Below are positions 9,018 to 23,718 of a stretch of 64,000 nucleotides of DNA, piece by piece (position 1 is the first letter of the stretch; each line of letters begins with the position of its first letter). The stretch lies in contig NC_043005.1 in assembly GCF_006345805.1 (NCBI RefSeq), forward strand, positions 37,572,001-37,636,000, read 5' to 3'. This DNA is from Octopus sinensis. Its lineage: Eukaryota. Both the position numbers and the translations under genes were made by a program. The notes below the pieces were generated by a model. The model searched no databases and was not told the DNA's origin. It saw nothing but the letters and a program-made list of their open reading frames with translations.

Positions 9018-12000
9018 TTATGTTTGTGCTGTTGCATATGCAATTATTTGTTCCTGATGTTGTGAATCTTATTTTTCTATTCCGTTGCTGCCGCAGTGGT
9101 TTTTACATGCGGGGTTTTATTTTTGTTCTCATATTTTTGTATTTTGCTACCTTTTTTTTTTGTCGTAATTTTTGTCGTGGTTGTTGTTACCATGATTTCA
9201 TCTGCATATATATTATCACATGGGGATAAGTATGTATGTATATGTATGTATGTATATGTGTGTGTGTTTGTGCATGTGTGTGTTTGATGGAAGGAAGAAA
9301 GCAGAGGAGAAAATAATGAAAGCGAATGAAACATTTATCAGTGGGATTACATTTCAAACCAATCATAATCAGGTGGCTGTCAGTGATGGTTGTCACACTC
9401 TTATTGCCTGCAAACTGTCTCGTTTGATTGTCTAAAGTGGCAAATCTGATGCATTTTAACTGCCAGCAGATTGCACATCAGCGACTCTTCACACTAACCA
9501 CACACACTGAAGCACATTGATTTCAATTAAAATGCACTTCAGTTGCACACCAACACACACTTGATGAGACTGACTTTAACTGTGGTGCATAGAAAAATAC
9601 ACTAACTGCTGCTGTTTAGATAACTCTTCTGCTGCACTTCTGCTCCAATCCAATTTAATTACACTTCAATTTCTACGTTTCAAAACACTTCCGCCACATC
9701 AAAAAAAAACTACATTGACTGCACCTCTGTTAATTTCATCTACTAATTAATGATACTTGTGCAATAAATCAGCAACATTTTAACGACATATCAAATGTCT
9801 TTTATTGCATTTATACAACAAGCAGTTTATACATCTCCACTATGTTCCACTAACTATATTGTTGTGCTTTGAAAGCTTTTATCTTATATATTGAGTGAAA
9901 TTGGGTAGAGAGAAATTACATAGAATCACATCAGATGGATTGTACTTTTGATTTAAAGATCCAGTCTTGTCACGTTGTGTTGTGCTGATTCCACTGAAGA
10001 ATTACATTAAGGGTACATACGTCTGTGGAATGTTGGGTTGTTTATATGCGAATATAATGAGCAGGAAGTATGGTTGATCAAACATCTTAAGGCCCATCAT
10101 TGCAACTGATGAAGATCTATATACTTTACAATTTTAATTCATCAATGGTGCTACTTCATTTTAACAGAAGTGTGACAATTATTTCAACTCTACTTTTACA
10201 GCACTGTCAGCAGTCTTTACTTACCAATATCATTTCAGCTACTCTTAACTTAGGCTCCAACTGCATTTAAGAACCAATGAAGCAGCTGTTCTTCCTTGAT
10301 CATGATAGAAACATTGTTAGGAGAAGCACTTAGTGCTGATCATGACATATGACCACTAAAGAAATTGCATTTGAAAGCATTGACTCAAAATTTATGTATA
10401 AGTTCTTATGTATGTGTGTGTGTGCATGCGTGCATGCTTGCATGTGGTGTGCATGCATGTGTGCTTGAGCTAGTGTATGTGTTTGTGTAAATTTAGCTGT
10501 GTTCTTTATGAAATTACTTCTGGGCTAAAGTTAACAAAGGCATTTCAAAGATAATTTTCTTTCATTTTTATTTTTGCCTCACTGAATCATTAACGCAGAA
10601 GTACAGCCAGTGGTATTATGTTTAGTAATCAGGTTTTGAAAACTCTCATGTAAATGAAATTCAGATAAAAGTAATAGATAATTCAATTAAAGAAAAATTT
10701 AGAGGCATTTTTGAACCATAAAAATTAATGGCTGTTTGTGTTAATAGTGTCTTCATAGAGTTTAGTCTAATAATTAGCATAACGAGAACAATATATTACC
10801 AACATGATTACTATATATATATGACATAAAAAAATTAAATGATACATTTTTCAAAATCTTAATGATTATATTAATAAATATAGTATATGCAAATAAAAGC
10901 TGACTTGTGAATAGATAAACTAATAAATCATATGACCAAAAATTAATGTTCTGGATGATGGTGCTCAAATATCTTTTATTAGGTTATCAAGGTGAAAAAG
11001 TATTTAAGCAGCTTTAATCTTTTCAGAAATCCTCACTGAACCGACATTGTTAGCTCTGTCTTAATCACACAATTCTATTTGTAGCAATGAGCTCTCTAAA
11101 TTTAGTAGCAGAGATGTGGATTAAAAAAAATCTTCTGGCCAGACAGGGTCTTTTGAAATGAAGATATCAAGGATTAGAAATTGCATTTTAATTATTTCCT
11201 TTGATTTTTGCCAAGTATTTTTACTCAGTGCATTGAACTATTTTTGTTTTTCTTAAATCTAATCCATGGTTAGACTGATAATCCTGAACAAAATTTGGAT
11301 AGATATTTGGCATTAGGGAGAGCATCTAACTCTAGAGACCATACCAAAGCAGACACTGGAGCATAATGCATTCCTTAGACCCTCTGGATCCTGTCAAATT
11401 GTCCAGCCTCTGTCAATATGGAACACGTATTAAATGAAGATGGTGATGGTAGCAGTAGTGGGGGTGATGAAAATGAAGATATGTGAATAACTATTTCATT
11501 TACAAACACTCCTTTGTGTGCTCTGAAACACAACAAAGCACAAAGCCTACTTTCTGTGCAAAGAATCTCATGTCCTAAATCTGGCTGCTATATTGGTTTC
11601 AAATTTTTGTGCAAAGCTAGCAAATTCGAGAGAAGGGGGTAAGTTGATTACATTGACCCCAGTACTTAACTATTTCATTGATCTGGAAAGGATGAAAGGC
11701 AAAGTCAACCTCAGTGGAATTTAAACTCAAAGTGCAAAGAGGGACATAATGTCGTCAAGCATTTTTCCCAGCATGCTAAAGATTCTACCACCTCACCACC
11801 TTAAATTTAGCGGCAATATTAGACTCCTCTGTACAAAGTTATTTTTATGTTTAATTGAACTTTTATGTTTAATTGACACAACTCTGACTCTAAACTAATA
11901 AAATCTTGCAACATCTTTCTACCAACTCTATACCAGATGAACTTGCTTTCCTCCTATCTTCTTTCTCCCTTCCTATACATTTATTCCCCAGACCTACATA

Positions 12001-12680
12001 AACCAAACCTAATTATCATTTCATATAGCTTCATCTACCCCAGAAAACCACTTTCCCAAAGACTACATATACAACCAAATGGAATCCAAGTGTAGTACAG
12101 TCTGATGAAGACTAGCAAGCTGAAACTTTGAAACACAGTCACCCCTCTTCTTGGAAAAGTTTACAAATGATGCACTCTACTACAAGTATTAAGTAATCTT
12201 TCAGTTTAATGCTAAATTGTTTTTATAAATAACTTGACATAAAACCCTAACTTCAATGTATACATATACAAACACACATACATAAATTCATGCTTGGCCT
12301 AGTAGTTAAGTGTTGAGCTCGCTCATGATTAAGAAGTTGTAGATTTGATTCTTGGACCGACCTACTGATTATTCCCTGGAGAAAGGCACTTTATTAAATG
12401 TTGCTCTGATCAACTCAACTGAAAATGAGGAGCTACTAAGTGCTGGTACTGCCTTCTTTGCCTCCAGCTGTAAACATTCTCAATGTTCTGTTTGGTGTAG
12501 GATGAGAGGACTGAGAGAGAATCTATATCTGCTCATGACTGCATAGGCTTCTAAACAATTAGTGAAAGCATGGCACATACTGTCGAGTCGTATGCCTTTG
12601 CATTTGATGGCTATAGTTTTATATACACACACACACACATATATATAGGCGAACGCATAGTAGAGTGCATTATATATATA

Positions 12681-12837
12681 AGTGCAGGAGTGGTTGTAGG
12701 GTAAGAAACTTGCTTCCCAACCTCATGGTTCTGGGTTCATTCCCACTGTGTGGAACCTTGGGCTAGTGTCTTCTACTATAGCCTTGGGCTGGCCAAAGCC
12801 TTGTGAGTAGATTTGGTAGACAGAATCTGAAAGAAGC

Positions 12838-12874
<37 letters not shown>

Positions 12875-13020
12875 CCTTGTGTCTGTGTTTGGTAAAAGTG
12901 ACCAATAGAATAATTACTTGGCTTACAAAGAATAAGTCCTGGCATCGATTTCTTAGACTGAAACCCTTTAAGGCAGTACTCCAGCATGGTCGCAGTCAAG
13001 TAACTGAAGCAAGGAAAAGA
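12681..13020 (+). mobile_element. SINE family A copy, internally deleted
   Basis: Same head and tail motifs as 7897-8345. Confidence 0.8.
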
Positions 13021-13579
13021 AAAAAATACAAGAATACACACACACACACACACTCATAGACACATGTCCATCACCATCATCATCATTATCATTAGTAACT
13101 AGAGTGCAAACCCATGTGTTATATTCAAAACACAATTGCATTCTGGTTTTCTATTGATATTAAGGTTTTTGATATATTTCCCAGTGTCTTTTATTTAGAG
13201 CAGTAAATTTCCAAACAAACTCTTAAAGATCTCATAAGAAAATATGAAAGAGGAAAAACAAACTTCAAAAATAGGAAACTGGATCAGTTGTGTTAAAAGG
13301 AAATTTGTTGTTCTCATATCTCATATATATAAATATATTTATATACATACTTACACACACACTCACCTATATACACTCACACACACATATATACACTCAC
13401 ACATACATACATATATATATCCATATACTTATGTCTATATATTTGTATATACACCTTTATATACACACACATCTGTGCATAAGTGAATTATAAGTGAAAA
13501 ATTCAATATCCTTTGATAATCAGTTATCTGTACTTGAATATATTTTGTGGTGCACACAGACACATACACACACACACAC

Positions 13580-13640
<61 letters not shown>

Positions 13641-14121
13641 ACATGTACATATATGGACACATGTGTTTCATTACAAATCCCATAGAAAGTTTTGTTTATT
13701 TCTTGAATTAAAACTTTGAGCTAAACTTAAAATACCACAGCAGATTGTTCCCACACCATATGCTCCAACACCCTAACTCTTTCTCCTCTTTTCTCTCCCT
13801 CTCTCTCTCTCTCTCACTCTTTTTTTTTTCAAAGGAGGAATTTTCAAAATTGGTTTTTGATTTCTTCAAGTTGATTTATGGCTTGTCTCAGTAACATACA
13901 CTGACTTTCACGTCTCCTGAAAATCTTTGTAAAAGTTAAATGTATTTATTCCCCACACACACACGTGTGTGTGTGTGTGTGAGTTTGAGTGTATGTGTGT
14001 GTATTGTGCATTATGTTTGTTTCTCAATGTCTTGTGTCTGTATGTGTTTAATATTTTCTTATATGTCTGTGTATAAAAATTTGTTGGTGTAACCATGTTA
14101 CACTACAATTAGAATATCTTG

Positions 14122-14161
<40 letters not shown>

Positions 14162-16451
14162 CATGCATATGTGTGTTAGTGTGTCTGTTTGTATAAAGGA
14201 GTCTATATGCATTGTATATATAAGTTTGCCTAGTTGTTTTTATATTCATTTTTTTTTCCCATGCTTGTATGAGTTTGGTAAATATATTGCTGAGGCATGG
14301 TTTTACAGCCTGGTGCCCTTTCTGTCACTAATCCTTACCTGTCTTTCAAAATAAGAGATCTCTCATTCCACACACCTCCAAAGGTTCAACAGGAGAAATG
14401 GCAACAACAATCACCTCTCTTTTAGCTCAGCAGTTTTCATAGAAGTACAAATTAAACAAGCATACAGGTACACATGCTCACGTCATACATCTCTCTCTAA
14501 GCATATATATGAGTGTGTGTATTTATATACACACATACATATCATCATCATGATCAACTTTCATACATTGACTTTTCCTGCTAGCATGGGTTGGACAGGT
14601 CATCATGGTTTGTGTCAACACCAGTAAGGTGCTGCTGTTTCTATAGATTGACGCTTGTGGCATTTTGGTTTAGTTTCTAAAGTTGGATGCTCTTCCTAAC
14701 ACCAAACAATTTACAGAGTTCACTGGGTGCCTTCTTCAAGGTACTGACGTTGTGAAGTTGAACAAAGAGACTTCACAATGCTAAGCATTCCCTGCTCAGT
14801 AAGAGAGATGCACCAGAGAGAAAGCTTGAGGCTGACCCAATGCAGTTTGCTAAACATCAGCCTTGCAATGGGTATAAGAGTCAGAGGCATGAAGAAGACC
14901 AATGCAGTCTCTGGTACATGGGCCAAGTAAGATAATGAAAATGGACCATTGGATGGGAACTGAGCAACAAGTTGATGAAGAACTCCAAGGGTTCAAGGGA
15001 TATAAGATGAGAGAGGTAGTAAAATATGTTTTTGTATCCATAGGAGAATTCAGAGTAACTCAGCCTCTAAACACTACGTTTGTACATTAGGCAAGTCTCT
15101 ATTACCATAGCTTCAAGCTGACCAAAGCCTTGTGAGAGGATTTTTTAGTTGGGAATTGGAAGAAGCCCATCATATATATTTGTGTGTGTGTGTTTGTACC
15201 CTTGCCCTAACACTATGTCATGGTTGCATATATACATCGCCATCATGCAGGTAATGTTCATATTTAGTCTTCAATAAAAAATGTAATTGGCAATGGGGAA
15301 ATATTACCTTACCTGGAAACAGGTGAGGGTTGATGACAAGAAGAACATTTGACCATAGGTAATGTGTGACAAAAATATTCTGTCCACTTCATATAAGTTT
15401 TAGAAAATGTGACATAAAAGGATGGTGATGATGTGTGTAGGCTATTTTGTATGTATGAAAGAGTGAAATGAGAACAACTTTGTTCTAATCAATGATTACA
15501 TCTTTGTGTACATATTGTATAAATATGTATAACTTTACATTTAATAAATTTTTGTATATGTGTGCATACATTTCTGTGTCTGTGTGTGTGTTGCTATTAG
15601 CAGTGGTAGTTTCCAAACAACTTCAAGTGATAAATGGTATTTGTGGTAGTTGTAGTGATAGTTACAGCCTTGTTGTTGTTATTGTTGTTGTTGCTGTGCT
15701 TGTTCTTGTTATTAATGATAGTAATAGTGGGAATAGTAATGGAAATACTATTGACAGTGGAGATGGTGGTGGTAGTGGTGGTGGTAGTGGTAGTGGTGGT
15801 GATGATAATGACATTCGTACTGATTGTGATTGTGCTAGCATAGGCAGGGGTATCTGATATCTCCAGCGATATCTCCATTGAAAATAACATCACTGTTATC
15901 AGCTCAGATCTTGCCATGTGTCCACTTGATATTGATAGGCACTTGATAGATACCTGTTGTAAATAATTTATACCACAGCAACTTCCTTCTCCTCACCTCT
16001 CTCTCTCTTTTTGATACTGCTGTTTATTTGAAGTGATTGATATCGTATCATAGTATTCCATGAATATATAATCTACCAGAGAGAGCATGCAGGCACAACT
16101 GCCTGGGAACGAGTAGGTGGGCTTATGGGGCTAAGAGCTGGAGAATGTGGAAGTAGTGCAGGCCTCTGGGAAGGTATATAAGATTATTTAAGTTAATCAC
16201 GAAGATCTTTACCAAATGGAATTAGTTACCAGGTGGTAGATTTCTTTTTGTTCTTAAGGTTAGTGTGTGTCTATGTATGTATGTGTATGTGTGTGTGTGT
16301 GTGTGTGTGTGTCTTCATGTATTTACATATGTGTGTATATGTACATATAAAGGATTACTCAATGCTGTTTAGTTGACTATACATTTATCAAACTTCTAAG
16401 AAAAGGTTGAATAATGACTTTGAAGTTATGACTTGCACAACTTCATTAGAT

Positions 16452-17885
16452 ATCATCATCATCATCATCATCATCATTTAACGTCTGCTTTCTATGCTTG
16501 CATGGGTTGGACAGTTCGACTGAAAACTGGTAAGTGGAGGTGCTGCACCAGGTGCTAATCTGGTTTGGCAATGTTTTCTATGGTTGGATGGATGCCTTTC
16601 TTAATGCCAGCCACTCCAAGAGTATAGTGAGTTCTTTACATGCCACTGGGACGGGTGCCATTGACCTGACACTAGCATCAGCCATGTCTACGATCTCATT
16701 TGACAGGTCTACATAAGCATAGTGTATTGCCAAAGGTCTTGGTTACTTATCACTGCCTCCATGAGGCCCAGTGCTCAAATGGTGCTTTTTACATCCCAGT
16801 CAGATGGCATTGGCCACAACTTTGATTTCACTCAGTTTGACAGGTCTTCACAAGCACAGCATATCACCCAATGATTGAAAGGTGCTTTGAATGAGCTAGT
16901 TATGCAACACTGGCATTGGCCATGACCATGATCTCAATTGGCTTGATAAGTCTTCTTCTCAAGCACAGCATACCTCCAAAGGTCTTGGTCACTTGTCATT
17001 GCCTCTGTGAGGCCCAACCTTCGAAAATTGTGCTTCACCACCACCACCACCACCACTCTTGTATTCCTGAGTCTACCTCTTCCATAGGTTCCCCTCTACT
17101 GTTAGAGTGTAACACTTCTTCACACAGCTGTCCTCATCCATATGCATTACATGACCATGCCAGCGCAGTCATCTCTCTTACACACCACATCTGATACTTC
17201 TAATGACCAACGTTTGTTTCGGAATGCTTATACTCTGTCATGCATGCACACTGACATTACATATCCAGTGGAGCATACTAGCTTCATTTCTTACAAGCCC
17301 ACACATGTCTTCAGCAGTCACAACCCATATTTCACTGCCGTGTAGCATGGCTGTTTGCACACAGGTATCATACAGTCTGCCTTTCACTCTGAGCAAGAGG
17401 CCTTTGTTACCAGCAGAGATAGGAGCTCTCTGAACTTTGCCCAGCCTATTCTTATTCTAGCAGCTATGCTCTCAGCGCATCCTTCCCCTTCACTGACTTA
17501 GTCATCTAGGTAACGGAAGCTATTGACTATTTCTAGTTTTCCTCCTGGCATGTGAAGGAATCTATTTTCTATACATTTTTGGTGTTTATAGTATCTGTGC
17601 ACCTTCCACACACAAAAAACTATCTTCCCTGTTAACCTTCCTCTGATATTGCTGCATCTCCTCTGTGTCCATAACTTACACTGTGTACATCTTATGAAGT
17701 CTCTACTTACACCTTTTCTTCAGATTGGGCAGAGCCATCTATCTGAAGGGATTTGTGACTTGTTTGCCTTCCTGCTAAGATTTTGGTTTTTACAAGGTTA
17801 ACTCTAAGGCCCTTCAATTCTAGGCTTTGCTTCCACACTTGAAACTTCTTCTCTAGTTCTGGTGATTCAGCTATAATACATATAC
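16452..17885 (-). mobile_element. 5'-truncated RTE-clade LINE (RT C-terminus, 3' UTR, (GAT)n tail)
   Basis: IIAESPELEKKFQVWKQSLELKGLRVNLVKTKIL, then RCTQCKLWTQRRCSNIRGRL, SFRYLD..EGCAESIAARIRIGWAKFRELL and GTYGRGRLR; tail is (catcat)n on + at 16452-16476. Confidence 0.88.
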
Positions 17886-18324
17886 AAAAAATAGAACTTG
17901 AAAATGCACTGAGAATAGTTAAAATATTTTTTATCAATACATTTGAAGCTTTAACCGGTTTCACAGTTTACACTGATTTTCAAAAAGTTCAAATAGAAAG
18001 GTATAGCTTATGTCGCAGCTGTCTTGCTTCTGACTGGTGTTTGACGCTTCTCCTGCTTTTATAGGGAGTTCATCGCTCAAATTAGTATATGTTTTGAATA
18101 GAATATCCTCTACCAGTCAAACCCTGTCTCATATGTGCATATGTGTGTAGGTTCATTTGTCCCCCACCAGCTCTTGACAGCCAGTGTTGTTGTGTTTACA
18201 TCCCTGTATCTCAGCTGTTTACATCCCTGTAACTTGATTTGTTTAACTAAAAATTTACAAGGCGGTCATAGTCTAATGACAGAAAGAAGTAAATGATAAA
18301 AGATATGCAAGTGCTTGAGTTGAA

Positions 18325-18515
18325 CTCTTTTGATACTAACACTTCTGAGACCACCCCTGGTTCTATCATACAAACTTCCTGTTTTACGGTGGTCAAAATT
18401 AGAATCTCCCTTGAAATTTCCGTGCTAATGTATGTTCCAAACACCAGCTAAATAATGACAGTTATTGTACTAAATTCTTCATTAACTCCAAAAGGAAACG
18501 AAGCAACAGAAAGGG
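18325..18515. mobile_element. TTAA-type (piggyBac-like) MITE, decayed
   Basis: Begins ctcttttgatac and ends gaaaggg|TTAA; internally similar to 38993-39213. Confidence 0.65.
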
Positions 18516-19439
18516 TTAATATAGTTAGCATATTCAAATTGTGTTTTGTGAAATCTCTCATAAATATTTTTCTTTTTCTAATCAAAAACAAATTTTGGAA
18601 TTCTACTTCTTCGAATGTAATAATACAATCTCTGGTAGCTTCTTAATTTCATAGATTCTGTTGAAATACCTCTGTTGGTGGTAGAAGTGGTGGCGGTAGT
18701 CAATCTTCTGATCAAACCAAATAAACTGTGTTTCCATTTGTGTTTCAAATTGCTGATATTATCAGTCAGTCGTAACTCCTGTCAGAGAAATACCTCTAAA
18801 ATTAGGAATGGTTCTGATTTATAAGTTAGAGATAAAAAGATATAGTCTTTGACCCAATTCAAAGTTCACAAAAATGATATACTGAGTTTTAAGATCACCA
18901 AGACATTCCTAAGTACATTACTTTCCTAAGTAATTCTCTTAGTAACAGTCAAAGTTGGTTTAAAGTATTATCCTTATGAAAACAAAAAGTGCATGGATAT
19001 TATGAGTAGATGCAAGAAGCAATAACAGATAGTCCTGAATGACTAATTTAGATATGTTTGAGGGGTATTTGAGCCTGTAAAGGCTTTTCAGGGAAGTTTG
19101 TTGTAGGAAAAAAGGATCGCTATCAGTCAATAATGTTGATTAATTTCCAATAAAGGAAGTTTCACTTCTTAGTTCAAAGTTACCTGTCTTGTTGAGTGCT
19201 GAAGAGAACTAGTATTTGAAATTTATTCATCAGTCAAATAGAGGGTGCTCTGAACTGATTTAAGTGTCTTAACACCTTTTTGTCTTATAAGAGACATTTT
19301 TTTCTCCATGGCAAAAATACAATAAAATGCCATTACAGGTTCAAATACATCTCAAACATATTTGAGTTGGACTTAAGCTTTCATACACTGATATCTTTCA
19401 ATGAAAAAGAAATGATTATGACAGAGTATCATAACAAGC

Positions 19440-19985
19440 ACTCCATTGGTTACAATGATCCCATCAACAGAACAGTCTGCTCATGAAATTAACATGCAAG
19501 TGGCTGAGCACTTCACAGACACACATACCCATAACATAGTTCTCAGGGAGATTTAGCCTGGTAGAGAATATGATAAGGCTAGCCCTTTAAAATACAGATA
19601 CTACTCATTTTTGCCAGTTGAGTGAACTCTAGAGCAATGTGAAATAAAATCTCTTGCCCAAGGACACAATGCTCCTTGAAGAATTGAACTGATGACCTTA
19701 CGATCATGATCCAAATACTCAAACCTATTTCACAAGGGGCTAAACGTAGAGGGGACAAACAAGGACAGACATAGGTATTAAGTCGATTACATCGACCCCA
19801 GTGCGTAACTGGTACTTAATTTATCGACCCCGAAAGGATGAAAGGTAAAGTCGACCTCGGCGGAATTTGAACTCAGAATGTAACAGCAGACGAAATACCG
19901 CTAAGCATTTCGCCTGGCGTGCTAACGATTCTGCCAGCTCGCCGCCTTGATCCAAATACTCAAACCACTAAGCCATGTACCTTCA
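19440..19985 (-). mobile_element. SINE family C (tRNA-type head) interrupted by a family B SINE
   Basis: Matches the uninterrupted copy at 49216-49543 (aacagaaca.cctgctc.tgaaat.aac.tgcaagtggctgagcac). Confidence 0.85.
19726..19947 (-). mobile_element. Young SINE family B with 19-bp TSD
   Basis: Near-identical to 48842-49075 and 21893-22117; TSD tgatccaaatactcaaacc at 19707-19725 and 19948-19966. Confidence 0.93.
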
Positions 19986-21892
19986 TTGCAGAGTATCATA
20001 ATAATCTGAGTGCCAGTAGTCAACTTTTAATTGCACCAGGCTTTACAAAGAAGTAAAAAACCAAGCTGCACATTTAACTTCATCAGATTTTAACTCTGCT
20101 CTACAGCATTTGCCATTATTGGAAATCCTCCTCATCACTTTAATGTCCCTTTTTCCATTCTTGCATGGGTCAGATGGAATTTGTCGAGGAACATTTTTTT
20201 ATAGTTGGATGCCCTTTCTGTTGCCAAACCAAACTTGTTTTCAAGTAATGGGATATTTTTCACCCCATGGGGGAACCTACTTTCACAGAAGATTGGAAGC
20301 AAAAGGCACTGTTTGTATGAAGGTAACACCTGTTTACAACTAGTATGTGATGTCAAGACAAGGAGACATAACCCACTCAATATATATATATATCTATACA
20401 CATACACATGCTCATATGTATACACACACATACACATGCTGTTATTTTTCACCCAGCCTTTGACCAGACTGGTCGTGCTGTTCTGGGCTTCTGTTATGTC
20501 CTCTAGGCCTTACTCCATTTCATCTTTACGCAACCCCACTAAGTTCGTTCAATAGCTGCAAAGCTCTTTCTGTAGCATTTGTGGTATATGTATAACAATT
20601 ATTTTTTCTTCTGTTGTATATAGCTGTAAGGCTTTGTGTTGTTACATATGCACAATTCTTTGTCTATTGTATTTATATATCTTGTTTGCTTCTGTCTTAG
20701 TATACATTTGCTAGCTTTTTCCCATTAGCTTAATAACAGCACTGGTTCCTCCAAGATTGAGTGTCTCGATGGTAATGGTGCAAAACTACTTTGATATTTT
20801 GGGTCATTGACTGATGAGGAAAACTCAGATTCAAATATTCCATAGCAGATGACATTTCCCCAAGGTTTCATGCTGTAGGACTGAACTGCAAACCATGTGG
20901 TTATGGAACAAATTTGTTAGCCACACACTCATTCTTGTATCTATAGCCATACCTGCACCTAGAAATGTTCATATTATTTCTTTAATTTTTTTTTCTTCAG
21001 ATTATTTCTATTTCCAAGCAGAATTCAAAGGTTAGAAAAAATAGTTGAGTTCTGTTCTTAGTTTTAATCAGTCTTTATTCTTACAGTCATTGGCATCGAT
21101 CTGTTTCTACAGAATTATGCTGTAATTTCAATATTGATGTCAAACTAATTAGATAATTACTGCAGATGAGAAGAAATTATTCAAATAGATCATTTTTCTT
21201 TTAGCCTTTTCCATTCTAAGCTCTTAGCATGTCTATACTTGTCTATCTAATTGTCTTCCACCCCTTCATACTTCCCTGCCACCATAGATGCACACATATT
21301 TCTCTCTCTAAATATAGCTTTTCTTTTTATTGAATGCCAGCTTGTCCTTCTACCATTGTGTCTGCAAGCATTCTCATAGACATATTCTTTCAGTGTAAAT
21401 CGACCTATCTCCTTCCTCTCTCTCACTCTCTCTCTCTCTGCTCACTCTCTTGCATATAACAAGTTTCCATGTCTATAAGGTGTTTCAAATCCAAATAACT
21501 ACCTTCTCCAAACAACTCTTCTATTTTCAAAGGCTTCTGTTCCATCATAGCCTGTCCTTCATTTCCATGTCACCCACTGAATCAAAATTCCAGCTTTCTA
21601 ACTGTTACTCAGGGGAGAAAACCAACACTGATAGATACAATACATATTCTTTCTTTTCCTCTTCATCTTCCTTTATTAGATTTTTTAAAAAACAGTATTG
21701 TTATTCTTAAATTATTTTGTCCATAATATAACTGTGATTAGGAAAAGCATTCAATTAAGTTTCGGCATATGTATGGTTGATATACCTGTGTGACTCTGGT
21801 TGTAAGCTTCTTCCATCTCACATGCGCATACACATATATGTGTGCAAATATGCATGTAAGAATACATATATATATATATATATATTAAAAAA

Positions 21893-22117
21893 AAGGCGAC
21901 GAGCTGGCAGACATGTTAGCACACCGGGCGAAATGCGTAGCCGTATTTCGTCTGCCATTACTTTCTGAGTTCAAATTCTGCCGAGGTCAACTTTGCCTTT
22001 CATTGGCGATAAATTAAGTACCAGTTTCGCACTGGGGTCGATGTAATCGACTTAATCCCTTTGTCTGTCCTTGTTTGTCCCCTCTATGTTTAGCCCCTTG
22101 TGGGTAGTAAAGAAATA
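21893..22117 (+). mobile_element. SINE family B inserted in (TA)n
   Basis: aaggcgacgagctggcagac...gagttcaaattc (B-box-like)...gtcgatgtaatcgac...gccccttgtggg. Confidence 0.92.
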
Positions 22118-23652
22118 TATATATATATATATATAATATATATATATATAATATATATATATATCATATATATATATATGTTAAATGTAGAAGCAATGAT
22201 GAGTGACAATTCTGTAAATAATAATAATCATAAGCTTAAAGCTTATAAGCATTCACCATGTATTGACTAAAGGAATGTATGCCCCAATATTAGACGTTTT
22301 CTTTAGCCAATTTATGGTGATCAGTTATAAAGTTTGAGCTTATATATACAGAGAGAGCGAGACAGACAGACAGACAGACAGAGAGGGATTTGGTAATGCA
22401 AGCAGGATAATAGAACTCAAAACTTGAATACTTATTTTCTATTATTTATAATTAGCAGAAGTTACAGAGTGACTCAAAGGTCAAGTGTTTTCTGTTATGA
22501 CACTTGTTAAACTTATATATATGTATATGCATGTATATGTATATGTGCGTACACACACACACACACACACACACAACATTCAACAGCTGCTCATACTGCT
22601 GGAAGCCAATGTCCAATGATATCTAGAGGCATGTTCTTTTTTCTTTAATAATCCAGCTGATGCTAGCAACATGAAACAAAAGACATTCAGGTTAAACTTC
22701 CATCATACTTTACTGCTCAAGACTAAGTGAGGTGACACAGGCTCAAAGAAATCTTCCCTACAGTCTTTTAGTGCATACTAGATCCCATCATGATTTCTCA
22801 TGTTGATTGTACAGCCAGGCAATAACTGTGAGCCATCCAGTCTCACTTGTCATATTCAGTATTACATTTATGAATTTGTTTTGCAAGATTCTTGATGTGA
22901 AATTGTGTATTGAAACAGATATTGTTATATTTTGGGACAGTTACTCATGCACTATATATTTGTTCTTCACTTGTATATTATTTTTCCTATTTTATTCTAT
23001 GACCATTGTCAAGAAATCTTTCGTCACACATCTGTGATCTCTTGAGCCACTCTTCCATCCACGTGTTTCCTCCTCATCTCAAAGCAGTATTGTTATCAGA
23101 AATACATTGGAGGTCTGAGTTGTTCAATTTTTTAATTAGCTTATATGAATAATGGGCGAAGCAAGGCACCATCTCTATTATTTCTCCTTGATGATGCCAT
23201 TTCATCTATTTAGCACAGTCACAATTCACAGAGTAACAATATCTTGCTGATAAATATTCTAAATTAATCTATACTGTTGGAAATCTTCATGTATCTGTAT
23301 TTATCAGGTTCTTTATTATCAAAAGTAAATTAGAGAACTTATAGACATAGAAATATTGTAAACTATAGCATGGCCGGTCATGAAATAACAATACACGCAC
23401 TATTTGAGATGAGATGCAAAAGAGAATTGTTGATATTAAATAATATTGGAATATACATGTAAAGAAATCACAGAAGTAAAGAATCTCTGTTAGCGGCATT
23501 CTTAGGGTCTGCTATCATTTGATGCATTCAATATAATTTATTGTTATTCAAATAACTTGATATAATTATAGGTGATATAAATGTTAGTTGGTTGGTTGAT
23601 TACTCCAATCATGCTTTACATTACGTACAGAGAGAGAAGAGAGAGACACAGA

Positions 23653-23718
<66 letters not shown>

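Noticed and set aside
20811-20850. Other CTGATGA occurrences (about 20811, 10087, 63444) as hammerheads
   Set aside because: No downstream GAAA with compatible stems.
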